Origin: Paraspadella gotoi
Lineage: Eukaryota; Animalia; Chaetognatha
NCBI GenBank assembly: GCA_051294375.1
Contig: CM119267.1
Span: 615,523-679,522 of the forward strand
DNA: 64,000 nt
Direction of reading: 5' to 3'
Shown: piece by piece, positions 24,207-37,367 of the stretch
How the letters are laid out: the number at the start of each line of letters is the position of its first letter
Numbering within the stretch: the stretch's first letter is position 1
Made by a program: the position numbers and the translations under genes
The notes under the pieces: generated by a model
What the model was told of the DNA's origin: nothing
Seen by the model: only the letters and a program-made list of their open reading frames with translations
The model's database searches: none

Positions 24207-27023
24207 ATGTCCTCCGCTCAACTGCCAGTTCCGCCAGAATTTTCCTTCACTCTTCCATCCAAGACCCACGCCAGGGGTCTCTTCTGGCCGCCTTTCCTCG
24301 AGGACTGGGACGAACGACTGGAGGCTCTCGCGGGATTCGAACCCCGGACGGACGACACCGTCGTCCTCTCTTATCCAAAATGCGGACATCACTGGAGCCA
24401 CGAGTTTTTGGACATGATGTTGACGGGGAGGTTGGACTTGCCCAAAGGTTGGTTGCTGGAGAAAGAAGGTGAGAGGATTTTTTGTCGCCCCCCCCTCAAA
24501 AAAAAAGCCTGTATTTATTCTATCATGTTGTTCTTCCCCACCAACAAAGTGAGCATCTGCTCTGCAAACGCGACATCTCCCGAGAGAAAAACGAAAGAGG
24601 AAACCTCCTCTTCCCCGCCTTCTCTTCCCCCTCCCGTACGCTACCTCAGTACGCCGACACGAGACAGAATCACTTCTTCTGTTCGCGCTTTTGCGCTCAC
24701 AGTCTCCCGGCTTTTTACGAAAATATTTTTTTGATTATTTTTTGTTGAATAATTTTGCATATTTTTCGTTCCTTTTTTTTTGAGTTAAGAATACAGATAT
24801 TACTTTCGAAACTGGGCTGTTGGAAAGTTTGGTTCTCTTGCAACTGGCACATGGCCATCGTTGGTTTTCGGTTTCTTCGTTGTTGCGTGGGCTTCGGAGG
24901 GAGAGAGCCTTGCATCGGCCCCTTTCAGCTGCCGCGGTCGAACGCACCCTGGCCGCGGATGCTGCGGGATGGTGAAGGAGCGCGACTGTCGCGTCCGCTT
25001 CTCCGTTTGCCCTCGGCGCTTAGTACGGCTGGCAGGGGGAAGACGCTGTGTTCGCGCTTCGTTGTTTGATCCAGGGTGCTGTGCAGTGCCGCCGTTTTTT
25101 GGACTGAGGCGCGTGTTTTCAACTCGACTACCCTCATGTCTCTTCCGCCGCCGCCTTCGCCGCCGCCTCCACCGCCTCCACCATCAGCCATTCCGGGCTT
25201 TTCTGGTCAGGCCGAAGTCATGCCCCTTCAGATGGAGGCAGTTCTCCAAATTAGCAACGCTCTTTCTAGCGTTCGTCGCGAATTTAGGGAGTTTCGCCGC
25301 TCGTCTCGTTCGAATTGGAGAGTCTTCGGCGGTGAGTTCTTCTTTCTTTTCGTTTTTGTTTTTTCGCCTTTTTTTGGCGTACATTCGGCGTACAGAGGGG
25401 TTTTCCTCCTGTGCCCCACCTAACTCGACTTTGTTTGTTTGTTTTTTGTCGGGCCTTCGCCTGGTCTTGTTACAGGCTCACTTTGTTGGTGGGGAAGAAC
25501 AACATGATAGAATTTATGGTTCCAAATGGAACCGGGATTCTTCATGGTTCTTCCCCACCAACAACCACCCACCGTCCACCCCTGGCACCACCGGTGGTGG
25601 AGGGCGGCTCAGGCTCGCTTGTCTTGTTTGGTGGGGTGTTTTTGGGGTTCTTTTTTTTGGAGACTGTCATTTTTCAATGATTTCTCTTTTTTCCATGTAC
25701 GTTTTCTTCATGGTTCTTGGACGCCTCTGTTCGCCATTTGCCGATCTTCTCGTCGGTCTTTCGTTGTACGCCAGCGACTTGGAGTCTTCGCGTTCTTTGG
25801 CGCCTCTTCGGCGGCGGATCGGCCTTCAGCTCCAAGCGGGTGACTGCGTCACGCCTTCCTCGTCGAGCCCCATCTGCGCAAGTCGACGACGACGCCTCCG
25901 TTTCGGATCGAGGAGGGTTCCTCCTCTGAAGAGTCTGCTGCGGGGTTGGACAACTTCTTGTCTCGTCGTGCTTCTGCTTACAGCCTTCGGAGTGGGTCCT
26001 ACAGCAGTGGAGGGTTTTGCGCAGAGTTGGCCAGGACGACGTTCTTTTACCGTCGTGGGACGTACTTCTCCGCCTATACGCGTTTCCGGCGCTGGTCGGA
26101 TGTCTCTTCGCCGGCGCGATTTTCGTCTCCGCTCCTCAAGAGAGTTGCCTTGCCGCTCAGTTCGAGCGCCGTTCGGAAGGACTCCAAGACGACGCGCGCT
26201 TTTCATGAGGGACGCCGCGGCGGAGCGTCCGCTCATGCTGTCCTTTCTGTCGCTGACGCTCTCCGCCTCATGGTTGAGGCCCTTCGCTCGGAGGGGCCCG
26301 GTGCAGTGGACGCAGGCCACCTTGACGATCTTGCCAAGCCCCTTAGAGACGCCTCGTCGGGTTGGCGGCGATTTTTGGTTCGGCCCTCTCCGAGTCTCGG
26401 CGCTTAGTTGTCGACGCTGGCCCCTTCGGATTTCAAGACGACAGTTCTGTCCAGTTCTCGCGCCCTCCACGTCGTTCTTTTTCGGAGACCGCTCCACAGA
26501 CGTCACTCAAGCGTTCCATTCTTCGCTTCTCCACTCCGGGGCGCCTCACTATTGCGCCTGTTCTGTTAGCCGCAAGCATGGGCGTGCAGTCCGCGTAATC
26601 CCGCTCGCCGTCCTACTGGCCTCGCAAGTTTTCGCCGCTCCCAAGCGTAGGGGCGGGACTCCAGGGACGTCAAGGACGCCAACTGATCGCCCGACAGCTC
26701 TTTCGGCCGTTGCTTCGTCCGGCCGTCAGTTTCTCCAGACCCGGTTTTCGTCCATGGACTGGTTCTTTTTGCGGTTTCTCATCCCCCCTTCTACGACGTC
26801 CGGTCAAGTGGGCGTGGCACATCACCGGAAGTCTTCGCTTGGTTACGAGTGTTCTGTCTCGTGTCGGCGTACTGAGGTAGCGTACGGAGGGGGAAGAGAA
26901 GCGGGGAAGAGGAGGTTTCCTCTTTCGTTTTTCTCTCGGGAGATGTCGCGTTTGCAGAGCAGATGCTCACTTTGTTGGTGGGGAAGAACCATGAAGAATC
27001 CCGGTTCCCATTCTGGAACATTA

Positions 27024-27059
<36 letters not shown>

Positions 27060-30000
27060 TATATCCGAATTCCGTTTCTCTCCAGCGACTAAAATGAACA
27101 ATTTCTTGGAGAAAAGTTTGGGTTCTGCTATCGATTCACTTCCTTCGCCAAGAATTATTTTAACTCATCTTCCTTACGAGTTCCTCCCGCCAAAGTTGCT
27201 TAGCAACGGAATCAAAATAATTCACGTGAACAGAAATCCAAAGGACGTCGTTGTCTCATTTCACAATCACATGCTGTGAGTGGGTGAAAGAGAGCGAGAG
27301 AGAGAGAGAGATTCTTATACGTTTGTCGCCTCTAGTGGAAGAATGCTCGCCTATTTGTAAGAATTAAATTATCTTAGAAGAGAAAGTAATTACTATTTAA
27401 CTTAGCATAATATTAATATCGGAATCGCTAACCCAATAAGTAATGACAGAGAGAATGGGACTTTCCCTAACAAAGCCGATGAAAAGATTTAAGCCTGAGA
27501 GTATAAACTCACTCAGCCACTGATACCTAAAGCTAAAGGTAAAAAGGTAACTGATTAAGTAATATTTATTATTAGTAAATGTACCACAGTCTCTAATCAA
27601 TTGTTACAATGATCGAACTTGACATCAAAACAAAAGATAATTAAATTATGATCCCTCGAAACCGACATTTCTTACCGACAACCTCTTTCTGTTCGATCTT
27701 TGCCGACAATTCTTTTTCATGCTCCATTTCTTGCTCCTTTTCATGCAGCACCCTTTCTGACTACGGCGACTACTCGGCTTCGTTCGATGACTTTTTCGAA
27801 GTCTTTATGTCCGGGTTCGTCGAGTACGGGTCATTTTTCGAGTTTGAGAGACGCTACGCGACCGAACTGGCGAACAACCCTAACGCCATCTCTACGTCCT
27901 TCGAGAAGCTCAAGGTTGTTTGATCGAAATTATACGTACAAAGCCAAATTTTTCTAACAAGAATCTTTAAATTATCAATGAATCATCCAGACTACTAAAT
28001 AATATAAATGAAACCCGGAAATAAGCCACATATAAAAAAAAACAAAAAACCATTCCACTTTAATTAATTTAATATAAAGTTCTATATGGGAAGTTTTAAA
28101 CATTCAATTGATGTCACATTGTTTACATTTTTTCAATTTACTGAACCACTCCATCTAGGATTGTTTTTTTTTTACTATTTAAATAAATGGCACTAAGTTG
28201 AGTCAATATGATGCAAGTCTAACAAATGACCCAGATTGACCAAGTTGGCGAGATGCGACGTTTGGCGCAATTTCTGGGCCTCAAAGTCGACGACGAATTT
28301 TTGACTCAATTTGGAGAAAAGCGAAATTCGTTCGGTGAAGAAGAAGAGAGATGAACACGAAGGAGGATAAAGTAAGGGGAGGTTGGGGAGGAGGTGTGGG
28401 GGGAAGGTGGGGGGGGGGAGGGGAGAAGGGGGGGAGGAGAGGGATGGGAGGGGGAGGAGCAGGGGGAGCTGGTGGGAAGATATATAAAGAAAGGAGGGGA
28501 AGGAAGGAATGAATGAGGAAATGAGAAAAAAAATAGAACGAGGAAGAGAAAAAAAAAATAAGAAATAAGTGAAGAAAATAGAAGAAGAGGAGAGGGAAGT
28601 TGAAGAACTGAAGGGAATAGGAAGGGAAGGAAGGAGGGAAGAAGGAAGGAAGAAGGAAGGGAAGGAAGGCGAAAGAAGGAAGGGAAGAGAGGAAGGAAGG
28701 GAGAAGGAAGGAAGAGGAAAAAGGGAAGAAGGGAAGGAAGGGAAGGAAGGGAAGAAGGAAGGGAAGGAGAAGGGAAGGAAGGAAGGGAAGGAAGGAAGGG
28801 AAAGGGAGGGAAGAAAGGAAGGAAGGGGAGAAAGGGAGCAAGAGGGATAGGAAGGAAGGAAGGGAAGGAAGGAAGGAAGGAAGGGAAGGAAGTAAAAGGG
28901 AAGGAAGGAAAGGAGAAGGAGAGAAGGGAAGGGAAAGGAAGGAAGGGAAGGAGGAAGGGAAGAAGGAAGAAAGGAAGAAGGAAGGGAAGGAAGGAAAAGG
29001 AGGAAAGGACAGAAGGGAAGGAAAACAGGAAGAAGGGAAGGAAGGAAGAAAGGGTAAAAGAAGGAAAGGGAAGGAAAAGGAAGGAAGGAAGAGAAGGGAA
29101 GGAACGGGAAAGGAAGTGGAAGAAGGAGGAAAAAAGAAGGATGAAGGAGGAAGGGAAGAGCGAGAAGGAGAAGGAAGGAAGAAAAAGGAAAGGAGGAAAG
29201 GCAGGGGAAGGGGAAAAGGAGAAGGAAGGAAAGGAAAAAGGGAAGGAAGGGAAGGAAAGGAACGTGAGGAAGAGTAAGAGAAGGGGAAGGATAAATATGC
29301 AAGGACAGACGTAGGTAAAAGGGATGAAGCGAAAAGGGAAAGGAAGGGAAGGAAGGGAAGAAGGAAGGGAAGAAGGAAGGAAGGGAAGGTAAGGGAGGAG
29401 GAAGGGAGGAGGGGAAAGGAAGAGAAGAGTGAAGGAAAGGGAAGGAAGGGGTTAAAACGGAACGGAAGGGAAGGAAGTGTAAGGGAGAACGGGAAGCGAG
29501 CGAGTAGAAGGAATGGGAAGGAAGGAAGGGAAAGGAAGGAAGGAGGGGAAGGATAGGGAAGGAAGGGGAGGGAAGGGAAGGGAAGGAAGGGGAAGGAAGG
29601 AAGGAAGGAAGGAAGGGAAGGAGGGAAGGAAGGGGAAGGAAGAAGGTACTAGTAATGAGAGAAAAGGATGAAAAGAGAAAAGAAAAAAGAATAAGTAGAC
29701 CAAATCCTTTTCAACTCTCTTCCTCCCTCTCTCTCTCTCCCTCGTCAGCCTCTCTAACAAAAGGACTCTTTTTACCGAAATGGTCGCTCCCTCTACCGTC
29801 NNNNNNNNNNNNNNNNNNNNNNNNNGAAAAAAGAAATAAGGAAATAAGTGAAGAAAATAGGAAGGAAAGAAAGGAAGTGAAGGAATGGAAGGAAAGAAAG
29901 GAAGGGAAGGAAGGAGGGAAGAACGGGAAGAAAGCGGAAGGAAGGGAAAAAGGAAGGGAAGGAGGGAAGGAAGGGAAGGAAGAAAGGGAAGAAAGGGAAG

Positions 30001-30490
30001 AAGGGAAGGAAGGGAAGGAAGGAAAGAAGGAAAGAAGGAAGGGAAGGAAGGGAAGGGAAGGAAGGGAAGGGAGGAAAGAAGGAAGAGGAAGGGGAAGAAG
30101 GAAGGAGAGGGAAGAGGGAAGGAAGAAGGAAGGGGAAGGAAGGAAGGAAGGAAGGAAGGAAGGAAGAAGGGAAGGGAAGGAAGGAAGGAAGAAGGAAGGA
30201 AGGGAAGGAAGGGAAGGAAGGGAAGGAAGAAAGGTACTAGTATGAGAAGAAAAGGATGAAAAGAGAAAAGAAAAAGAATTAAGTCAGACCAAATCCTTTC
30301 ACTCCCTCTCTTCCTCTCTCCCTCTCTCCCTCTCCCTCTCTACAGGACTCTTTACCGAAATGGTCGCTCCCTCTACCGTCGCGGACAAGTCGGAGATTGG
30401 GTGAACCACCTCACTGTCGCTCAGAGCAGAAGAGTGGAGCGGAGGGCGAGGGAGGCTGGGCTGCACTTTGTTTATGAGCTGGAGAAGTGA
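24207..30490 (+). CDS. Cytosolic (SULT1-like) sulfotransferase
   Basis: Exons 24207-24447, 27086-27275, 27749-27914, 28235-about 28371 (apparent indels) and 30346-30490. Motifs: PSB loop YPKCGHHW, SPRIILTHLP, RNPKDVVVSF, YGSFF, RRLAQFLG, RRGQVGDW. Confidence 0.88.
24517..27029 (+). mobile_element. Non-autonomous DIRS1-like (tyrosine-recombinase retrotransposon) derivative in sulfotransferase intron 1
   Basis: ITRs of about 145 bp (24530-24674 and 26848-26989) with different outer extensions. Internal segment 25476-25564 is the reverse complement of the joined right and left termini (ICR). ATTCT occurs at both ends. Frameshifted Cys-rich and gag-like coding remnants are present, with no RT or recombinase motifs seen. 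Confidence 0.85.
28375..30300. repeat. Polypurine (GGAA/GGGAA) tract containing an assembly gap
   Basis: About 1.9 kb of almost pure G/A sequence, with N25 at 29801-29825. Confidence 0.95.
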
Positions 30491-30787
30491 GAGAGGGAGA
30501 GGGAGGGAGAGAGGGAGGGAGGAAGAGGAAGAGGAAGGGAGGAATTTCCCATTTATTCAACTGTTTTTCTTTTACCCTCACAAAAAGACATTTGACTTTT
30601 CGTTTAATCATTAAATCTAATGTTCAAATATACAAATTAACCACATAGCTATTTGATTAATCTTTGATTTGCCAGTTAATATCATTGATTTCAATAAATG
30701 TTAGCAGACGTTTTTTAACGGCTGAAATCTTGGCCGGTGTTTTGTGCGGGCTGGTTGTCTTCCGTTAAGAGCATCTGTCCTTTTTTC

Positions 30788-30840
<53 letters not shown>

Positions 30841-31803
30841 TCTCTCTCTCTTTCTGGTCGCAGTTTTTGTGGTCGTCGTGGTCGTCGTCCGTCGTCGTTC
30901 GTTCGATTTCTTTCATTATCATGAGTCACATGCAAGAAAAGATTGTCCCCTTAAACGTCGTCGTCGTCGTCGTCTTCATTGTCGTCGTCGTCGTCGTTGC
31001 AGTAGTTGATTCCTTTGTCCTTGTCCTGGTCGTTGTCGTCTTCGTCGTTGTCGTCTTCGTCGTCATTATCCTTCTTCATCCGCATGAAATTTTAATTTCA
31101 GTTTGAAATTAAAACTTTCAATTTTTCAATTTTTTTTTGGCGGGATTTTTTTAAATTTCTTTGTGGTTTTAATGTCGCGTTTCATCTTCGCTTTGTTTTC
31201 TCGTTGTTTCTTTTTGTTTTGTTTTGTTTTGCTTTTTTTTAACTCTTAGTTATTTGAAATCTTATCCTCAGAAAGTTTTATTTTATAAAATTTCAAACTT
31301 GAAAGATCGAGTATCTTTTTTTGTTTTGTTTTTTTTTCTTGGTTTTTTTTTTTTTGCTGCTTCTTTCTAACAAATTTCATGTTGTTCTACTCCGTCTTTC
31401 TCTTTTCCCGGATTTCTTATTTTTTCATTCCGCCAGCACCTCCAGCACCTCCAGCACCGCCAACATCTTCGGCACCGCTGTCGTGGTTGGCGCCGCCGCT
31501 TTTGATCGAATTTCTCGCAAGAGTCAAATTCTTTTAATCCTTCGTGAAAAAGTGAATGAATGGAGTCGACCCTTGGACCGTGAACTATTCCGATTTGATT
31601 GGCGGGAGTAATTTCCCCAGAGTATTTTACCCAGTGGGGGAAACCCTACCGTATCATCGGCAGCCTACTAAATTTATGAGTAAGGCGCCCTGCAAACGGA
31701 ACAGCAGGGGGGGCGCCCTGCAATGCCAGCACAGCGTCGTCTTTGCCGAACCAGCGGCTTCTAAATTTTTTCCTTTGATCCGAGGAAAAAATACATTTGA
31801 TTA

Positions 31804-31903
<100 letters not shown>

Positions 31904-31911
31904 CATATATC

Positions 31912-32177
31912 TGTAGTCGGGCATTGCCTAGGTTCACCCCGCCTAGAAGCATGACACTTTCAGTTGTGACCCGGTGGCTCATTGAGTAAAGCCATCAGCT
32001 CAGGACCACTAGGTACCGGGTTCAATCACAACCCTGCGGGAAGCGTGAGGACGGCCGTAAGCCGCCTAGGGGGCGTGGAAAACCCTCAAGCCTGGTTCCA
32101 AGCCCAGGGACCCGTTCCATGGCTGCTAGAGGGGTTTAAAGAAGTTACGGACAGTCATCTTCAGCCCTCGTAGCTCC
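31912..32177 (+). mobile_element. Structured dispersed element carrying a type-P5 twister candidate (32036-32115) and an upstream HDV-like fold
   Basis: Homologous to 62885-63110 on the minus strand. Twister pairings: P5 gcggg/cccgt, GA-GGA, P1 cggccg, UAA at 32058-32060, T2 GC/GC, P4 cctgg/ccagg, L4 U-UCC-AA-GC. P2 is imperfect. Confidence 0.65.
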
Positions 32178-33993
32178 TTATCCACATATCTATCTATTTA
32201 TTAATGTATCTATTTATCTATTTGGCTATCTTTCTTTTTCTCTCTCTATCCTTTTTAAACGTAACTAAATAATTCAAATAGTTTAAAACATAACAAAAAC
32301 ATTTTTTTAAAATTTATTATTTGTACCCAAACCCCTTCGACAGTGTTCGTAATTTTTTTTTTCCCGCGGGAATAATTGGCTGGTAATGAGTAAATTGCCG
32401 GGTTTAGCCTAATAAAAAATAAATAAAACGACGTGTCTCAGTTTGATAACAAATTTCCGAATCGGAATAAAAAATTAACCGAAATTTGAGGGAATTCGCT
32501 ATTGAAGTTGTTGTCGTTGTTGTTGTTCGTTGTTGTTGTCGTTGTTGTTGTCATTGTTTTTGTTGTTGTTTGCTAATTCAAGCTTAAAAAATAAATTATT
32601 GCTTTGGACATGAAGCGATTTCAATTAAATAAATCATTTACAAAAGTTTTTAATATATAACGTTTATATAACTAATAATAGTAAACAATTCTTCAAAGAC
32701 ATAATAGCCCTTAATTAAGCTTTTCTTTACCCCCACTCAGCTCCGGTGAAGAAACAAAACTGCGACGTGAATTCTGATTACTCATTCGCGAATTGTAGAG
32801 ACAAGTATTACTCATTTTCTCGTTAAACCCAAAAGTACAATTAAATTCTGCGTATCTGACTTTTGCGTTATTCGTCAAAATTCAATCGAAACCTAAATCT
32901 TACCAGTAGATCTGGAAGCTATCTCGCTAGTAGGATGTATTGTGCAATCTTGAATTGAGTACAAAACTACACAGGATTTAAAGAATAACGAAATCTGCTT
33001 CTTTTGACTTTTTGAGGATTTGGGCTAAAAAATATCATCTGTTTTTCTTCTGACTCATTTTTTTAAAAACTTTTTTTTTTACTAAATCCCAGGATTAAAA
33101 AAAATATTACATGAGATTTTTTGGAGAATAAGAAACTTTGTGGGAGACGAAATGAAATGACATCATGAAATGATAAATTTTGCATTTTAATGCCAGTAAA
33201 AGATGACATTCGCTGGAATTTAAAAAAAATGTTTTTTTTAGCCTCATTCTCGTATCGACGTCTATATTGTCGTCGTCGTCGTTATCGTCGTCGTTAACGT
33301 CATTGTTGTTGTTATTCAATATTTAATTATATCATTCATACTCTATTCTATTCATACTCTATTCATCCTCTATTCATACTCTATTCTATTCATACTCTAT
33401 TCATCCTCTATTCATTCTCTATTCTATTCATAATCTATTCTCAACTGACCAACATTTCATGTAAACCTTTTTCACTTCGATATCAAAAATAACAATTTAT
33501 TAAATGAATGGATAATTTTTATATTGGTTGTATCAATTTCATTAAACAATTGATTTAAACTTAAATTGACTTAATCAAAATATCCGACATCATATCACAT
33601 CACATCATGTCACATCGCAATACGTGACATCACATCACATCATCTCACATCGCTTTACGTGACATCACATCACATCATATCTCATAACATTCTCTCTTCT
33701 CAGTTGAATCTTAATATTTTGTCAAACTCAATTTTCGTTTCAACTTAAATTTGAAAAAAACATTTTTTTCTTCAACTCATTTTTAGTAATTTTTTATCAT
33801 TTTTAATATTTTGCCACATCGCAGTCGTAAATCCCTGAATCAACTGCTTTCGCCCTCAATCACTTGGGAATTGCTATGATCAGGTCATTGCACTGCCATA
33901 TCTGCCATATCTGCCATATCTGGCATTTTTGTAACTCTTCTCGTTCTTTGCCACTTCTTCCCCCTATTTTTTCGCCATATCTTACTCTATACT

Positions 33994-34045
<52 letters not shown>

Positions 34046-34157
34046 CCAACGAAACGCCACTCCCTCTCTCTCCTTTTCGTCTCCCTCGAAGTCGACAAAC
34101 GCGAAGTCCTGGATTCGAACCCCACGCCGGAGAGAGGAGAGAAGAGGAGGAGAGAGG

Positions 34158-34197
<40 letters not shown>

Positions 34198-34978
34198 ATA
34201 AAAGAAGTACAGTTGGACCGGTGACATTTTTTTAACGTCGGTTAATTTTTTTGCCTGACGCAAAAAAAGAAAGAAAAAAGAGAGAACAAAATTCACTCGA
34301 TCAAAACTGAGTCACCGAAATTTTTTACCCAAACTTTTTTCTTTTTTCTCTTATCGTCTCCCTCTCTGTCATTGCGTCTCCCTCTCTATAATTGCGTCTC
34401 CCTCTCTGTCATTGCGTCACCCTATTGTTTACAGCGCAGGAGGTTTCGATCTTCTGCCCCGAAAAAAAATAAATTCGCTATGAATGAAGAAATCGAGGAA
34501 TAAAAATAAACAAACAAAGAAAGAAAAAAATATAAATAAAAACCAAAACTAAAACGATTTCCTTTTTTTATTTTCTTCTACAAAACAAAACATAAACAAA
34601 AAACAAAACCAAAGTTTATTTATTTCGTCCAATTTTTTTTCCTTCGAACCGAAACTGATAGAAAAATGGAAGCCGACAAATGAAGTCTTCGGAGCCGACA
34701 ACCAGACGAACCGACATAATAATCGAAGTTTTATAAAAACATTTTAACTTTAGTCATTTTTTGGCTTTTGACTTCGACTATCCTCTGCTATACTATTCCC
34801 CCTTTTCTGTCTTCCTTTTCTGTCTTCCTCGGCTATCCTCTGCTATCCTATTCCCCCGTTCTATCCCCTGTTCTGTCTTCTTTTTCTGTCTTCCTCGACT
34901 ATCCTCTGCTATCCTATTCCCCCGTTCTATCCCCTTTTCTGTCTTCCTTTTCTGTAATTCTTTTCCAACGAAGATAAA

Positions 34979-35156
34979 ATGGCAAACGTACCTCTGGAGG
35001 AGATTATTGAGGTATCAAAATGAATGAATGAATGAATGAATAATGAATGAATGAATAATGAATGAATGAATGAATGAATGAGGCAGTCAATCAAAAAACC
35101 AGCAAACAGTCCAATTATCAAACGCTTTTGAATTGCTAATAATTAATCATTGAACT

Positions 35157-35229
<73 letters not shown>

Positions 35230-35572
35230 GTCAATCAATCAATCAATCAATCAATTAAAATAAATCAATAAAAATCAATCAATCCAGCACATCGACCGCA
35301 ACCTGGAACAGTTCCACAATTTCAACGCCACCCGCCAACGAAGACGCCCTTCTCCTCCAGCTTTGCTTCTCCATCAAAACCCGGGATTCAGACTTTACGA
35401 ACCTCCGATGCCGGATCGTAAGATGGGGATCCGTCTGTCAGTCTGTCAGTCTGTCTCTCTCTAGGGTTTTTTAGTATCTGCTTATATATTTTCCTTGTGC
35501 GTCTGTCTGTTTGTCTCTTTCTCTGTCTCTTTCTCTGTCTCAGTTCATTCTGCCCTCTTTACTCATTATTTG

Positions 35573-35656
<84 letters not shown>

Positions 35657-35893
35657 ACCCCTGCGTCTACTCGGAACTTAAATCTCCCTCTAACTCCACC
35701 CTTCCTGTTCTCTTCCTCCTCCTCCTTCCTCCTCCTCCTTATCCTTCCCACCCCCAAGTCATCCGCCGACAGCCTTTCGAAGTTCCTCTCTTGGATCAGC
35801 CCGCCGTCCCGCCTCAACAGCAGCCACCCCAGCATCCTCAGCAGCGACCGCAGGAGCAACAGCAGCAACGCCCGTCGCAGCAACAGCAGCGAG
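34979..35893 (+). CDS. Candidate alternative 5' coding exons of the BTB-BACK gene (Pro/Gln-rich N-terminus)
   Basis: Exons 34979-35011, 35288-35417 and 35759-35893 have consistent phases (0, 1, 1) and read MANVPLEEIIE-HIDRNLEQFHNF...QQQR. The final phase-1 donor fits the phase-1 acceptor at 47065. Confidence 0.6.
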
Positions 35894-36402
35894 GTGAGAT
35901 TTTTTCGTAGAGATAAGAAAAGAGGGAAAGAGGGTGGGGAGAGGCGGAAGAGGGAGAGAGGGAGAGAGGGAGGGAGGAAGGGAGGAAGAGGGAGAGAGGG
36001 AGGAAGGGAGGAAGGAGGAGGGAGGGAGGAAGGGAGGAAGGGGGAGGGAGGAAGGAAAAGGGAGGGAGAGAAATCTCTTTGATTTGATATATGTCTTTCT
36101 TCTTTTCTTTTTTTTCCTTATTTCTATCTTTCTGTCTTTCTGTCTTCCTGTCTTTTTTTCTTTCTTTCTGTCTTTCTTTCTTTTTTTCTTCCTGTCTTTT
36201 ATTCTTTCTTTCTTTTTTTCTTTTTCTCTTTTTTTTCTCTTTCTTTTTTCCCCAATTAACTCTTTTCAGCTTCGACTTACGAAATGCGGGTCTTTTCTTT
36301 CACCGCATTTTTTTATTCTTTGTAAAAACTATTTTCCTCTAAATTATAATTATATTAATAACCAACGAAAGCAAAAAAAGCTCTGCATCCCTTATTTTAT
36401 AA

Positions 36403-36496
<94 letters not shown>

Positions 36497-37367
36497 TTCG
36501 ATCTTAAATTCTTTTCGTTTTTGTTTTTATCAAATTTAAAAAAAAAAACTTTTCGTGACGAAAAACTTCGATTCTAAAGATTTTAATTCAAAACTTGAAA
36601 TATTTTCCTTTCTGGATTTTAATTTTTTTTAAATTTTACTCATTTCTTAAATGTTTTGTTCTCTAATAAAATAGAAAATAGAAATAAAATAGGAAGAAAA
36701 GCCAAAAGATCCGCTTTGCCGAAATGTTTTAGGTTTTAAATTAGTTTAGGTTAAACATTTGGAAAGACATCAGAGCTTAAATATTGGGGTTAAAATCAAG
36801 TTCAGGTATTAAGAACAGAAATGAGGCCCTTTCAGAAATTAGTGCCGAAAAAATGATTATGATAATCGTAAAACAAAACTTTTAATCCATAATCTATTAC
36901 AAATCGATTTTTTATTAATAAAATCTTTAGGTTTAGTTTTTTTTTACTTTTTAAATCGATTACGCGTTACAATTACGCTACATCACATTAATTTTTTTTT
37001 CATTGGCGCACAGTGTAATACAGTGTAATACAATGAGTCAGTCACAGTGGTACCAAGTCTTAAACTCCACGCGACTGACATTTATTGCTTCATTATTATT
37101 AACGACTTTAACTATAAGTATGTGATCTAGCGGGGACAATTCTTGCTTAAAAACTATCTTTGCTGATAAATTAATTAGGTTAGTTTATATTATAGTCAAA
37201 TCAGTCTCGAAAGTAAACTTACGGACTATCGGACAGACAGACGGACGGACGGATCGATCGACAGACGGATTGACTCTGTCATTCAACCGCGATTCTTTCG
37301 GGTCAAAACAAAATCTTACTTTGCAACTTCTTTTTCACTAGACGTGTCGGGACAAGATCCTTCCTTC

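Noticed and set aside
24861-27092. 743-aa ORF
   Set aside because: It runs through the ICR, the right ITR and a CT microsatellite with no coherent domain. Only short parts look like gag remnants.
28193-30259. Long Pro/Ser/Phe-rich and Gly/Arg/Lys/Glu-rich ORFs
   Set aside because: They are translations of the polypurine tract.
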